From Methanofastidiosum sp. (GTDB lineage: Archaea; Methanobacteriota_B; Thermococci; Methanofastidiosales; Methanofastidiosaceae), in assembly GCA_039679445.1 (NCBI GenBank), contig JBDKUY010000005.1, positions 2,210 to 66,209 on the forward strand: a stretch of 64,000 nt of DNA. Reading direction: 5' to 3'. The position numbers and the translations under genes were made by a program. Shown here piece by piece: positions 28,499-38,029 of this stretch. Each line of letters opens with the position of its first letter. The first letter of the stretch is position 1. A model generated the notes under the pieces. That model saw nothing but the letters and a program-made list of their open reading frames with translations. It was not told where the DNA came from and ran no database searches.

Positions 28499-28645
28499 TT
28501 AGGGGGCTTCTGAGACAGGCCCATCATAGATTTCATCGGCCGTCTTTATTTTTGATATTTTATCCAATCTTTTTTCAACTTCTTCAATACTCTTTTTTAT
28601 TTTTTCTATTTCCTTTCTTATTGCCTTAACATCATTTTCTGCCAT
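28499..28645 (-). CDS. 48-aa coiled-coil micro-protein (MAENDVKAIRKEIEKIKKSIEEVEKRLDKISKIKTADEIYDGPVSEAP)
   Basis: Manual translation; strong RBS GGAGGT upstream; heptad pattern. Confidence 0.7.
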   Translation of the reverse strand: MAENDVKAIRKEIEKIKKSIEEVEKRLDKISKIKTADEIYDGPVSEAP

Positions 28646-28856
28646 AATATGACCTCCACTAACAACTTAAGGGGAAAGGAAACAATAGACATTTTTATGA
28701 TCATATCAAGATTTTATAATTAATCAATTCTTTCCCCAGTCATTATAATATGTTACTACTTGTATATTTATATATTTTTGGATTTCAATAATATATATCC
28801 AATAGGTTTAATAACTAATTTAGTATTCCCCAATCAAAGGTATATCAGGTGAAGAA

Positions 28857-29099
28857 ATGAGACTAAGTGAATTTGAAAAGATGGTTTATGATGGCTTGAT
28901 GAAGTGCGACAATCTTGAAGATTGTAAGACTATTGTAAAAGAATCAATAAATATGCTTAATGAATTTAAGGATGATGAAAATTCCAAGCCATACTACCTA
29001 ATGACACTATCAAATCTTTCTACTATGCTTCAGATGATGAGTCACTCTTTGTCAGTTGAACAGTTTAAGGAAGAGCTAAATAAAATTGTAGAGCTCTGA
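28857..29099 (+). CDS. Hypothetical small helical protein
   Basis: RBS AGGTGA and TATA upstream. Confidence 0.65.
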   Translation: MRLSEFEKMVYDGLMKCDNLEDCKTIVKESINMLNEFKDDENSKPYYLMTLSNLSTMLQMMSHSLSVEQFKEELNKIVEL

Positions 29100-29100
29100 A

Positions 29101-30294
29101 TCACAAATAGTAGTAAAATCTACACTTTTCTCCTTTATTTATCCCTTCTGTATTTTCATTGATTAGTGCATAACCAGTAGAACTAGAAATAGAAGAAATC
29201 ACCCCAGAACCAGAAAGCCTTACCGGATAAATCTCACTGTCTTTTAGGATGCACCTTACGAATTCGACTCTTCCTAACTCAGAAGAATAATTCTCGGAGA
29301 ATGTTAAATCAACTGATTTCAATATTTTTGTTTTGAGGATATTTTCTAAATAAGGGATTACAAAGAGATAGAATTGGACAAAGGAAGCTACGGGGTATCC
29401 TGACATGATAAATATTGGGATACCTTGAATAGAAAATCCTATTGGCTTACCTGGCTTAATTGTTACCCCGTGAAATACAATATTTTCTATAATTTTTGGA
29501 AGATAATCTTTTTTGCCGAAGGAGCTCCCACCTGTGATTAATATAATGTCTGAATCTTTCTTAGAGATATTAATAACTTTTAAAATTTCTTCCTGATCGT
29601 CGGGCACTCTAAATTTGTGGACTACTTTACAAAAAGCCCTTATCGATAATGAAGATAACATTATTGAATTTGAATCAACTATCTTTCCATTTTCTATTTC
29701 ATTTGTATCTTCAACTAATTCGTCACCTGTTACTATAATTGAAACTCTTGGAGTTTTTTTCACTTGTATTTTTCTAATTCCTAGAGATTTTAAAAGCGAT
29801 AGATGTTCTGGGGAAATTATTGTTCCTTTCTTTAGTATAAGGTCTCCCTCTCGTATATCCTCCCCTTTTCTAGAAACATGAAGATATGGAAAAACTTTCT
29901 TGTAAATGCGAACTTCATCATTTTCTCTTTCTGTGAACTCTTGCATTACTACAGAATCGGCCCCTATTGGCATCATTGCCCCTGTCATAATCTCTATTGC
30001 AGTGCCTGTAAAAACTTCCTTATTGGACACTCTTCCCGCAGTTATTGAATCAATAATTTTTAAGGTAACATGTGAGCCTTCAGAGATGGAAAATGTATCT
30101 TTTGCTTGTATTGCATAGCCATCCATTGCAGATCTATCAAAAGCGGGCGAATCAATTGGAGAAAAAATATCTTCAGAAATTACCCTATTTAAGGATTCAT
30201 CCATGTTTATGCTCTCCGACTCAAATTCTTTTGAATGAGCTTTAACTAACTCTAGGGCCTTATTATATGATAGTAATGATTTGAATTCTTTCAT
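29101..30294 (-). CDS. moeA: Molybdopterin molybdo/tungstotransferase MoeA (copy 2)
   Basis: FDRSAMDGYA, IMTGA.MP.GADSV, TGDEL, TGGSS.G, KPGKP. Confidence 0.92.
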   Translation of the reverse strand: MKEFKSLLSYNKALELVKAHSKEFESESINMDESLNRVISEDIFSPIDSPAFDRSAMDGYAIQAKDTFSISEGSHVTLKIIDSITAGRVSNKEVFTGTAIEIMTGAMMPIGADSVVMQEFTERENDEVRIYKKVFPYLHVSRKGEDIREGDLILKKGTIISPEHLSLLKSLGIRKIQVKKTPRVSIIVTGDELVEDTNEIENGKIVDSNSIMLSSLSIRAFCKVVHKFRVPDDQEEILKVINISKKDSDIILITGGSSFGKKDYLPKIIENIVFHGVTIKPGKPIGFSIQGIPIFIMSGYPVASFVQFYLFVIPYLENILKTKILKSVDLTFSENYSSELGRVEFVRCILKDSEIYPVRLSGSGVISSISSSTGYALINENTEGINKGEKCRFYYYL

Positions 30295-30792
30295 TTAGTC
30301 CCTCAAATGTTTTATCAAATGTGCAGCTTCAGAAAGAATAATATCTGTACCTAGTTTTACAGCATTAAGGCTTCCAGGAAGACAGAATAAAACTTTCTCG
30401 CCAATTGTACCACAAATCGCCCCCGATATAATCCCTGGGAAACCTATCTCTTTGTAGCTTAAATATCTAAATATTTCTCCAAATCCAGATATTTCTTTAT
30501 CGAGAAGCGGCTTTATAGCTTGGATGGTCACATCTCTTTTAGTGATTCCAGTACCGCCAGTTGTAATAACACAATCAACATCTTTTAGCATATCATTAAC
30601 GGCTTTCTTTATTTGATCTTTCTCGTCTGGTACAACTAAGTGCTTTGTTACTTTATTATTTTCAGATAATTTTTCTAAAAGATATTTGCCGGATCTATCC
30701 TCTGCAGCTCCTTTGGAACAAGAATCAGATATAGTCACTATTCCATAGTTCAAACTTTTTGGTGCGGTGTGTTTGTGTTTTTCTGAAGACAT
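30295..30792 (-). CDS. moaB: Molybdopterin adenylyltransferase MoaB/MogA
   Basis: TISD, DRSG, VPDE, TTGGTG..RDVT, GFGE, LPGS. Confidence 0.92.
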   Translation of the reverse strand: MSSEKHKHTAPKSLNYGIVTISDSCSKGAAEDRSGKYLLEKLSENNKVTKHLVVPDEKDQIKKAVNDMLKDVDCVITTGGTGITKRDVTIQAIKPLLDKEISGFGEIFRYLSYKEIGFPGIISGAICGTIGEKVLFCLPGSLNAVKLGTDIILSEAAHLIKHLRD

Positions 30793-30794
30793 GG

Positions 30795-31250
30795 TTATTT
30801 CTCCTTTTTGGTGACTCTTATGGGGCCAATTTCTGTATCGGGGTACTGGCCAGAAGAATCTTTTTCATTTGATTTTACCATATCCCAGATGGTAAGAAGG
30901 GCTACAGACACCCCAGTCAAAGCTTCCATTTCGACACCTGTTTTAGATTCTGTTTTTACTGTGCAGATTACGATTATAGAGTTATCTTTAATTTCAAATT
31001 CTATATCTATTTTATTTATGGGAAGTTGATGGCAAAGTGGAATCATTTCCGGTGTTTTTTTTACCGCCTGAATACCTGCAATCTGAGCAGTAGTAAGCAC
31101 ATTTCCTTTTGTGATCTTATTCTGCTTTATCAACTTTATAGTTTCTTTTTTAAGTTTTATTTCACCTTCGGCCACAGCTGTTCTAACTGTTACGTCTTTT
31201 GAGGTTATGTCCACCATTTTTACCCCTTTATCTGATAAATGTGAAAACAT
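30795..31250 (-). CDS. moaC: Cyclic pyranopterin monophosphate synthase
   Basis: [27 protein letters not shown]. Confidence 0.95.
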   Translation of the reverse strand: MFSHLSDKGVKMVDITSKDVTVRTAVAEGEIKLKKETIKLIKQNKITKGNVLTTAQIAGIQAVKKTPEMIPLCHQLPINKIDIEFEIKDNSIIVICTVKTESKTGVEMEALTGVSVALLTIWDMVKSNEKDSSGQYPDTEIGPIRVTKKEK

Positions 31251-31251
31251 T

Positions 31252-31659
31252 CTATATGCCTCCATGCCAAAATACATTGTCTTCCATATACTCTTTCTTA
31301 AATATCGGTACTTCCTCTTTTAGTCTTTCAAGAATATATTTACAAGCTTCAAATGATTTTGTCCTATCAATCGACTTGACTATTATTAAGACTATATTAT
31401 CCCCAACAAAAAGTTCCCCATATCTGTGAATAATTGAACTTTCTATAATATCGTATTTTTTCGTTGCATCGACCTCAATTTCCCTTAATTTTTTTTCAGC
31501 CATTTCAGCGTAAGCGTCAAGTTTCATTTTCTTGACTTTTTTTCCATGCATTTCCGATTTAACTGATCCCAGAAATATAACTGAAGCTCCACACTTATCA
31601 TTTTTTATTTTTTTTAATTCATAATCAATACTGAAATCTTCTTTTTGGAGTCTAATCGT
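31252..31659 (-). CDS. moaE: Molybdopterin synthase catalytic subunit (non-canonical start, ACG 31659 or ATT 31656)
   Basis: [17 protein letters not shown]; frame extends 36 codons upstream of the ORF-track ATG as [23 protein letters not shown], the MoaE N-terminus. Confidence 0.85.
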   Translation of the reverse strand, partial: TIRLQKEDFSIDYELKKIKNDKCGASVIFLGSVKSEMHGKKVKKMKLDAYAEMAEKKLREIEVDATKKYDIIESSIIHRYGELFVGDNIVLIIVKSIDRTKSFEACKYILERLKEEVPIFKKEYMEDNVFWHGGI

Positions 31660-31661
31660 AT

Positions 31662-31901
31662 CTAACCACCACTTGAAGGCATCATAATGGCAACTTCGTC
31701 ACCATCTTTTAATAGGATGTCAGTTTTGATATACTCTTGATTTAGAGCTATTACAATATTCACATTATCTTTAAAATTGTATTTTTTCATAATTATTTCT
31801 AAAAGGTCCTTTGTTGTTTTACCCTTTTCTATTTGAATAGATTCTTGGGTCTTACCCGTTAACTCTTTGAAAGATGCAAAATACTTCACAAGAATTTTCA
31901 T
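31662..31901 (-). CDS. moaD: Molybdopterin sulfur carrier MoaD
   Basis: VKYFA..LKDGDEVAI.PSSGG C-terminal diglycine. Confidence 0.93.
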   Translation of the reverse strand: MKILVKYFASFKELTGKTQESIQIEKGKTTKDLLEIIMKKYNFKDNVNIVIALNQEYIKTDILLKDGDEVAIMMPSSGG

Positions 31902-31902
31902 T

Positions 31903-32793
31903 TTAGCACCAGTACGGTGTTTTTGTTTTAATGGAATTAATTAGAGTTTCTTTTAGTTTTTCGTGATCTGAAAAATCTTTAACTTTTGTTAGATTATCAT
32001 TTCTGAAGAGACAATTTTTGATTTCACCTTCACTTGTTAATCTTATACTTGTGCAATTTTTACAGAACACGGTGTTATGCATTGACCTTACAACTTCAAT
32101 TTCTTGGGGCACAAAGTATTTTTTCCTGCGCTGCTTTTTTCTTTCGATTATTTTAATCGAATGAGATTCAAGGTGCTCCTCTATTGGTAAAAGACTTGCA
32201 TAGTTCTCTTTATAAAAATCAGAATCAAGATCGTCTTTTGCGGATATAAGTTCAATTAACTGGAGGACCATTCCCTCTTTTGTGTAATTTATCATCTCTT
32301 TAATTTCACGATAATTCCTTTGCATTACCACCATGTTGACTTTTATCGGGAATATTTTCTTCTCATATGTCTTTTCAATTCCATCCAATACAGCTTTGAG
32401 TGTATCCTTACCCGTTATGCTCTTGTAGACTTCATTGTTCAAAGTATTTAGAGTAATATTGAACCTAGAGATCCCAGCCTCTTTTAGATCTGATACCTTT
32501 TTGGATAACATAGTTCCATTGGTAGAAATTGATATATCCCCCATATACTTTGATGCAATTTCCACAATTTCAACTATGTCCTTCCTCAAAAGTGGTTCTC
32601 CGCCGGTAAATCTAACTTTTTTGATGCCCAAATCCTTTGACACTTTAAGGAGATCTTCAATATCTTCTTTAGTTATTTCTTTCCTTCCATTGTTCGAATG
32701 AGAGAATTCGCCTTCGTGGTGACAGTATACACAGTTTAAATTGCAACGTTGAGTCAATGTAACTCTTAAAACTTTTACAGGAATTTCAGACAT
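31903..32793 (-). CDS. moaA: GTP 3',8-cyclase (radical SAM)
   Basis: CNLNCVYCH, TGGEPL, FCKNCTSIRL..C. Confidence 0.95.
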   Translation of the reverse strand: MSEIPVKVLRVTLTQRCNLNCVYCHHEGEFSHSNNGRKEITKEDIEDLLKVSKDLGIKKVRFTGGEPLLRKDIVEIVEIASKYMGDISISTNGTMLSKKVSDLKEAGISRFNITLNTLNNEVYKSITGKDTLKAVLDGIEKTYEKKIFPIKVNMVVMQRNYREIKEMINYTKEGMVLQLIELISAKDDLDSDFYKENYASLLPIEEHLESHSIKIIERKKQRRKKYFVPQEIEVVRSMHNTVFCKNCTSIRLTSEGEIKNCLFRNDNLTKVKDFSDHEKLKETLINSIKTKTPYWC

Positions 32794-32794
32794 T

Positions 32795-34000
32795 TTAATC
32801 TTCCAACAATAATACTTCTAACTCTTCACCTTTATCGACAAATTCAGTATTCTCGCCAATTATGGCAATACCTTCTGCTTTTAAAAAACTTGATATAGCA
32901 CCGCTACCACGAAATACGGAGGCTATTTCATTATCTTTGATTACAATAGGCAGGAAATCTTTTCTGCCCCTTGTGGAATAAATTCTTTCACCTGAAATAA
33001 ATTTCTTAACTTCTATTTTTTTATCCAATCCAGACATTTTATAGATAAAAGGCAATACTAAGATGTTGAATAGAACAAATGAAGATGTGGGATGTCCGGG
33101 AAGTCCAAAAATAAGTTTCTTGTCTTTTAGGCCAACTAATGTTGGTTTTCCTGGTTTGATACTTATGCCATGAATTATTAAGTTACCAAAACTATTGATT
33201 GCTTCCTCTACAAAATCCCTTTCTCCTTTTGAGGCCCCAGCAGAAAGAATTATCATATCGAATTTTTTTGCTTCGTTTAACTTTGAAAGTATCTCCTCTT
33301 TGCTATCTTTTGCAATACCGAGATTATAGGTATCGCAACCTAATTTTTCTAATTTCGAAGAGATATAAAATGAATTAACGTCATACGTTTTTCCATAATC
33401 TAGATCTTCCCAAGGCGTAATAATTTCGTTTCCTGTTGAAAAAATTCCGATTTTTAATTTTCTATATACTTTTACCTTTTTAATACCTAGCCCTGATAGC
33501 AGTCCTACTATCCTGGGTGTAATGGGGGTATTTTTGGGCAGGATATGATTTCCTTTTTTTATGTCATACCCCACATTCATTATATTTTCTCCTGGAGTAA
33601 CACCTCTATTAAGTGTAATATAATTTCCTTGAAGTTGCGTGTTTTCTATCATAACAACAGAATCTGCACCCTCTGGGACAGGGGCGCCAGTTGCTACATA
33701 TGAACATGTATTCTTTTTTAAAAAATACCGGGGGGTGCTGCCTGCATTTACAGTTTCAATTAATTTTAGTTTTACGGGAGAAGTTTCACTAGCTTCGAAG
33801 GTATCTTCCGATCTCACTGCATATCCATCCATTTGAGACTTGGGATAATTAGGAACATTAATTGGTGAAATTAAATCTTCTGACAAAATTCTGTTCAAAG
33901 AAGATGAGATGGGGGTATCCTCAGATTTTAACTCAAAAGATACACTATCTTCAATTTTTTTTATAGCATCTTCATAAGTATCAAGTTTTAAGAACTTCAA
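32795..34000 (-). CDS. moeA: MoeA (copy 1)
   Basis: SQMDGYAV, TGAPVPEGADSV, STGNE, KPGKP, LPGHP; TTG start. Confidence 0.93.
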   Translation of the reverse strand: MKFLKLDTYEDAIKKIEDSVSFELKSEDTPISSSLNRILSEDLISPINVPNYPKSQMDGYAVRSEDTFEASETSPVKLKLIETVNAGSTPRYFLKKNTCSYVATGAPVPEGADSVVMIENTQLQGNYITLNRGVTPGENIMNVGYDIKKGNHILPKNTPITPRIVGLLSGLGIKKVKVYRKLKIGIFSTGNEIITPWEDLDYGKTYDVNSFYISSKLEKLGCDTYNLGIAKDSKEEILSKLNEAKKFDMIILSAGASKGERDFVEEAINSFGNLIIHGISIKPGKPTLVGLKDKKLIFGLPGHPTSSFVLFNILVLPFIYKMSGLDKKIEVKKFISGERIYSTRGRKDFLPIVIKDNEIASVFRGSGAISSFLKAEGIAIIGENTEFVDKGEELEVLLLED

Positions 34001-34022
34001 AGGATTCCCATCTAATTAAATT

Positions 34023-35078
34023 TTATCTCTTAATAACTTGAAGTGCAGTGGCTTTAAAAAATATATTGATATCAGCGCCCTCTTTAATATTTAAATTCTC
34101 AATAGATTGTTTTGTAACAGCAGCTTCAACTTCAAATCCGCAGTCTATCCTCACGATATGATAAAATCCATGTTTAATTACAGATATTACTTTTCCTTTG
34201 AACTCGTTTCTAGCGCTTGTATTGCCTTTACCCAAGATTATATCTTCTGGCCTTATAATTAATCTAACACCATCACCAATCTTAAAGTGGTCAGGTAAAG
34301 CCACAATATTCTTATCATTTACGGAAATTATCATTTCATCTTCTTTTTTGCTAATCACTTTACCTTCCCAGATGTTTTCAATTTTAACAAATTGGGCAAT
34401 TTCTTTTGTGATTGGCTTATAGAAAATATCATCAGGGTTTCCAACTTGGACTATTGTTCCGTTCATCATGATACCGATTCTATCTGCAAGAAGCATAGCT
34501 TCTTCCTGACTATGGGTAACATGGATAAAAGTTATGCCTCCCCTCTTGTGAAGTTCTTTCATATCAGATATAAGCTTAGATTTCGTGTTTTCATCCAACG
34601 CAGAAAAAGGTTCATCCATCAGAATAATTTTAGGATCTATCGCCAAGGCCCTTGCCAATGCGACCTTTTGTTTTTCTCCACCACTCAATGTTTCAGTGTT
34701 CCTATGTAATAAATGATTAATTTTTAGCATTTTTACAAGTTCTGAAATTTTCTTTTCCCTATCTTCTTCAGGAACTTTTCTTAATTTTAACCCATATTCA
34801 ATATTTTTCTTAACGTTTAGATGGGGGAAAAGGGCAAAATCTTGATATACAAATCCTAATCCTCTGTCCTCTGGGTTCAAAAACGTAACATCATTACCGT
34901 TTATTACTACTTTACCTTCTTTTGGAAAGTATAATCCAGCGATTATTTCTAGCAACAGAGTTTTCCCAGCACCAGTTGGCCCTAAAATGATGAAATATTC
35001 ATTTTCCTTGATATTAAGTGATATATCTCTTAGGGAAAAATCTCCCCAATTATTGCTAACGTTTTCCACCCGGATCAT
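34023..35078 (-). CDS. wtpC: Tungstate/molybdate ABC ATPase with TOBE domain
   Basis: GPTGAGKT, LSGGE, DEPF, TSARN..FKATA TOBE tail. Confidence 0.9.
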   Translation of the reverse strand: MIRVENVSNNWGDFSLRDISLNIKENEYFIILGPTGAGKTLLLEIIAGLYFPKEGKVVINGNDVTFLNPEDRGLGFVYQDFALFPHLNVKKNIEYGLKLRKVPEEDREKKISELVKMLKINHLLHRNTETLSGGEKQKVALARALAIDPKIILMDEPFSALDENTKSKLISDMKELHKRGGITFIHVTHSQEEAMLLADRIGIMMNGTIVQVGNPDDIFYKPITKEIAQFVKIENIWEGKVISKKEDEMIISVNDKNIVALPDHFKIGDGVRLIIRPEDIILGKGNTSARNEFKGKVISVIKHGFYHIVRIDCGFEVEAAVTKQSIENLNIKEGADINIFFKATALQVIKR

Positions 35079-35875
35079 CTTTTTTCACCTCGTTTTGAAA
35101 CTAATCTTAGGACGACAAATGTAATGAAGCAGACTATTATCAATAGAACTGCAATTGGTTGTGAACCCAGTAGTCCATTTGTATTGAATCTTGCCAAGAT
35201 TAACGTTGAAGCAATCATGGGGTAATATGCTATTATAATGATTGCACCAAATTCACTAATTCCTCTGGCCCACGACATTATCACACCAGAGAAAATATGT
35301 CTGAAAGTAAGCGGCAAAGCTATTTGATAAAAAGATTCCCACTGGGAAGCCCCAAGTGTCCTTGCTACTCTCTCAAGATTAGGATTAACGCTCTTAAAGC
35401 CCTCCCTTGCCGTACCGACAAAAAATGGACAACTAACAAAAAACATTGCTATTACAATTCCCCACATATTGTCTTGGAATACTATTCCTAACTTTGAAAA
35501 TGTCATTCCAACAGGGCCCCTCTTCATAAGTAAAGAAAAAAGGGCTATTCCTGCAACTGTATGGGGGATAATAATTGGTATATCAACTATTGCTTCAATA
35601 ATATCTTTTCCGGGAAAATTGTATCTTGCAAGAATGTAAGCAAGGGGAATACCAAAAATAACTGCAATAATTGTACCCAGAAATGAAGTATATAATGTTA
35701 GCCAAATAGACTCTAACACAACAGGATCTTTTATAACTGCGATAAATTCTCCTGGGTGGAGAACTAACTGGCTGTATAACATGTTTGATAGTACAGCCAT
35801 AATAAAGACTACTATAACCATCCCAAAAATAAAAAAAAGAATTAGAAGAGGATTTCTTCTAATTTCCGAAAACAT
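35075..35875 (-). CDS. wtpB: Tungstate/molybdate ABC permease
   Basis: PLAY.LAR..FPGK, PHTVAG, ARTLGA, WARGISEFG. Confidence 0.9.
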   Translation of the reverse strand: MFSEIRRNPLLILFFIFGMVIVVFIMAVLSNMLYSQLVLHPGEFIAVIKDPVVLESIWLTLYTSFLGTIIAVIFGIPLAYILARYNFPGKDIIEAIVDIPIIIPHTVAGIALFSLLMKRGPVGMTFSKLGIVFQDNMWGIVIAMFFVSCPFFVGTAREGFKSVNPNLERVARTLGASQWESFYQIALPLTFRHIFSGVIMSWARGISEFGAIIIIAYYPMIASTLILARFNTNGLLGSQPIAVLLIIVCFITFVVLRLVSKRGEKR

Positions 35876-35887
35876 TCATATGCCTCC

Positions 35888-36907
35888 TTATTCTATCATT
35901 TCTACGTATTTCTTCAATTGCTCCGGGATATTTCCTGAACCAAGCGCAGGAACTGTGGGTGGCTGCCCCATGTCTCTGAAAATCTTCTGTCCGTTTTCAT
36001 TTATAACCTGTTCGACGTATTTAATTCCTAAATCTTTGTTAACTGCATTCTTTGGTACAGTAATACCATATGCTATTGGTGCTGCTGTTTGGACAGTTCC
36101 ATTTGATATTTTTACCTTAACTTTAGCGTATGTTTCCTCATACCTTACATCTTTTAGATTAATTGAAGGAGGTAGTTCAACATATTTTAATTTGTTCTGT
36201 TCGGCAACTGATCTATACTCAAAGGCATAATCAATTCCGCCGGCAATTGTCATAGAAACTAAATCTTCAGATTTATCTCGGATAGTAACATATTTTGTGT
36301 CTGGATTCAATGCTTCCGGAGTTGTTATTGTGTAAACGCCATTTTCTTCTTTAATCGTAATTGCGGTATGTGCAGCAAGTAAGTTATCAAATACTGGTTT
36401 GTTGTAAGCGAGATCTGCTAGTTTTATAGTCATAACAGTTCTGTAACCACAAGGGTCAATATTTGGACTTCCAAATGCCCATAGAACATCAGGTTTTTGT
36501 AATACCTCATACCAGTTGTCTGCATTAATCTCATCTGCATATTTACTCTTATCTGTGTAACAAAGCACTATTTCATTTGTGGCAAAAACAATGTACCAGT
36601 CAGCATAGTCTGGATACATCATTTGGGGTATGAGTCTGTAATCGGCCGAACCGATAACATCCGCCTGTTTTCCAAGCTCAGTGACTTTTCTGATAGTGTC
36701 TACGCTACCTGATGCTTCTAATTGTACATCAGTATTTTTATTTGCAGCTTCAAAGTTTTTTTCAACAGCTTGGAATGGCTGGGCCAAACTTCCAGCGTGG
36801 AATACACTTACAGTTTTAGGCTCAGTAGTGCAACCAGCTGTTAACGCTACCATTATTCCAATTAAGAATAATGCCGATATTTTAAGATATGTTTTTCTTT
36901 TATTAAT
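35888..36907 (-). CDS. wtpA: Tungstate/molybdate-binding lipoprotein (probable ATT start)
   Basis: HAGSL, GS, SADY, DPCGYR, FEYRS; lipobox LTAGC; signal peptide extends to ATT 36907 after RBS GAGGTGA. Confidence 0.9.
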   Translation of the reverse strand: MNKRKTYLKISALFLIGIMVALTAGCTTEPKTVSVFHAGSLAQPFQAVEKNFEAANKNTDVQLEASGSVDTIRKVTELGKQADVIGSADYRLIPQMMYPDYADWYIVFATNEIVLCYTDKSKYADEINADNWYEVLQKPDVLWAFGSPNIDPCGYRTVMTIKLADLAYNKPVFDNLLAAHTAITIKEENGVYTITTPEALNPDTKYVTIRDKSEDLVSMTIAGGIDYAFEYRSVAEQNKLKYVELPPSINLKDVRYEETYAKVKVKISNGTVQTAAPIAYGITVPKNAVNKDLGIKYVEQVINENGQKIFRDMGQPPTVPALGSGNIPEQLKKYVEMIE

Positions 36908-36917
36908 AATATCACCT

Positions 36918-36941
36918 CGTTATGATTAAATAAAGATAACG
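36918..36941. promoter_or_regulatory. ModE-type operator CGTTAT-N12-ATAACG before wtpA
   Basis: Lies between TATA and RBS; matches CGnTAT-N12-ATAnCG geometry. Confidence 0.6.
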
Positions 36942-36954
36942 TTTTATAAATATT

Positions 36955-36987
36955 ACGAATAATTATTTAAATTGAATAATTATTCGT
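36955..36987. repeat. 13-bp inverted repeat ACGAATAATTATT-N7-AATAATTATTCGT (terminator or operator)
   Basis: Perfect arms between the ferredoxin stop and the wtpA promoter. Confidence 0.55.
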
Positions 36988-37008
36988 TAGTTGCAAAAGA
37001 ATATCTAC

Positions 37009-37224
37009 TTATCCTTCGATAGAAATTATGTTAGCAGGGCATGCATTTTCTGCAGATTTTGCGCATTGAGCCATATTTTGGTCAATTTCACCTTCAAATT
37101 CGCTATCTAATTGAAATTCTTCTACAATAGTAGCCATTCCATCAGAATCAGGAACGAATACTTCAGGACATTCTTTGAAACAGACTCCGCATCTAGTACA
37201 TCCTTCTTCGATAATTACCTTCAC
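37009..37224 (-). CDS. Single-cluster 4Fe-4S ferredoxin
   Basis: CTRCGVC..CPEVF..CPANII; GTG start after GGTGA. Confidence 0.9.
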   Translation of the reverse strand: MKVIIEEGCTRCGVCFKECPEVFVPDSDGMATIVEEFQLDSEFEGEIDQNMAQCAKSAENACPANIISIEG

Positions 37225-37232
37225 TTAATCAC

Positions 37233-37256
37233 CGATATGATTTAATCAACATAACG
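37233..37256. promoter_or_regulatory. ModE-type operator CGATAT-N12-ATAACG before ferredoxin
   Basis: 20/24 identical to the wtpA box, in the same position between TATA and RBS. Confidence 0.6.
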
Positions 37257-37342
37257 CTTAAAAGGTTTTTCAGACTATCCCACAAAATTTATATAGGGGC
37301 CCAATATAATAAAATATAAAGTTAATGGGCAAGTGAATATAA

Positions 37343-37981
37343 ATGAATATTGAAGGCGGAAGTTACACACTTTGGGAAGAGTTCTATAATGCTTCTATTA
37401 GATTATTGAAGATGGAAAAATATACAGAAGCAAAGAGGCTTGCAAAAAAGTCACTGAATGAAGCCATAGATGTTTACGGCTCTTCACACTCGACTTCTGG
37501 TATGAGTCTATTTTTACTTGGACTTATTTCACAATACCAAGCAGAATTTGCAGAAGCAGAAGTATTTTACGAAAAAGCACTTTCAATATTTGAGAGAATA
37601 TTCTCTGCAAAGGATATAGTTGTTCTAAATGTTTTACAGAATCTTGCATTTGTATATCAGTCACAAGGCAAATATCCTGAATCAGAACAACTGTACAAAA
37701 GAGTATTGAAACTCAAGGAAGAAGACTACGGAAAAGAAAATTCTCAGCTAATTCCTATACTCTGTTCTCTTGCTAATCTTTTAAAAGAAATGAAAAAATT
37801 TGACGAATCCGAGGAGCTATATACCCGAAGCCTTCAAATTTTAATACATGAGTATGGCCCGGATCACCCTCAAATTGGAGATATATATGTTAATCTCCAC
37901 AACATATACTCTATTCTGAATAAAAGAGAGGAAGACAAACAGCTTTACAATTTTTTAAAGAAACACTCTGAGTATTTCTGA
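37343..37981 (+). CDS. TPR protein (kinesin-light-chain-type repeats)
   Basis: NLAFVYQSQGKYPESEQLYKRVL..YGPDHPQI repeats. Confidence 0.8.
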   Translation: MNIEGGSYTLWEEFYNASIRLLKMEKYTEAKRLAKKSLNEAIDVYGSSHSTSGMSLFLLGLISQYQAEFAEAEVFYEKALSIFERIFSAKDIVVLNVLQNLAFVYQSQGKYPESEQLYKRVLKLKEEDYGKENSQLIPILCSLANLLKEMKKFDESEELYTRSLQILIHEYGPDHPQIGDIYVNLHNIYSILNKREEDKQLYNFLKKHSEYF

Positions 37982-38029
37982 GTTATCTTTTCAAATATAC
38001 TTATAAAAAAAAATCTTAAAAATATTTTC

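Noticed and set aside
31662-31664. Pyrrolysine or amber readthrough joining moaD and moaE
   Set aside because: moaE is in a different frame from moaD, and MoaD ends correctly in Gly-Gly
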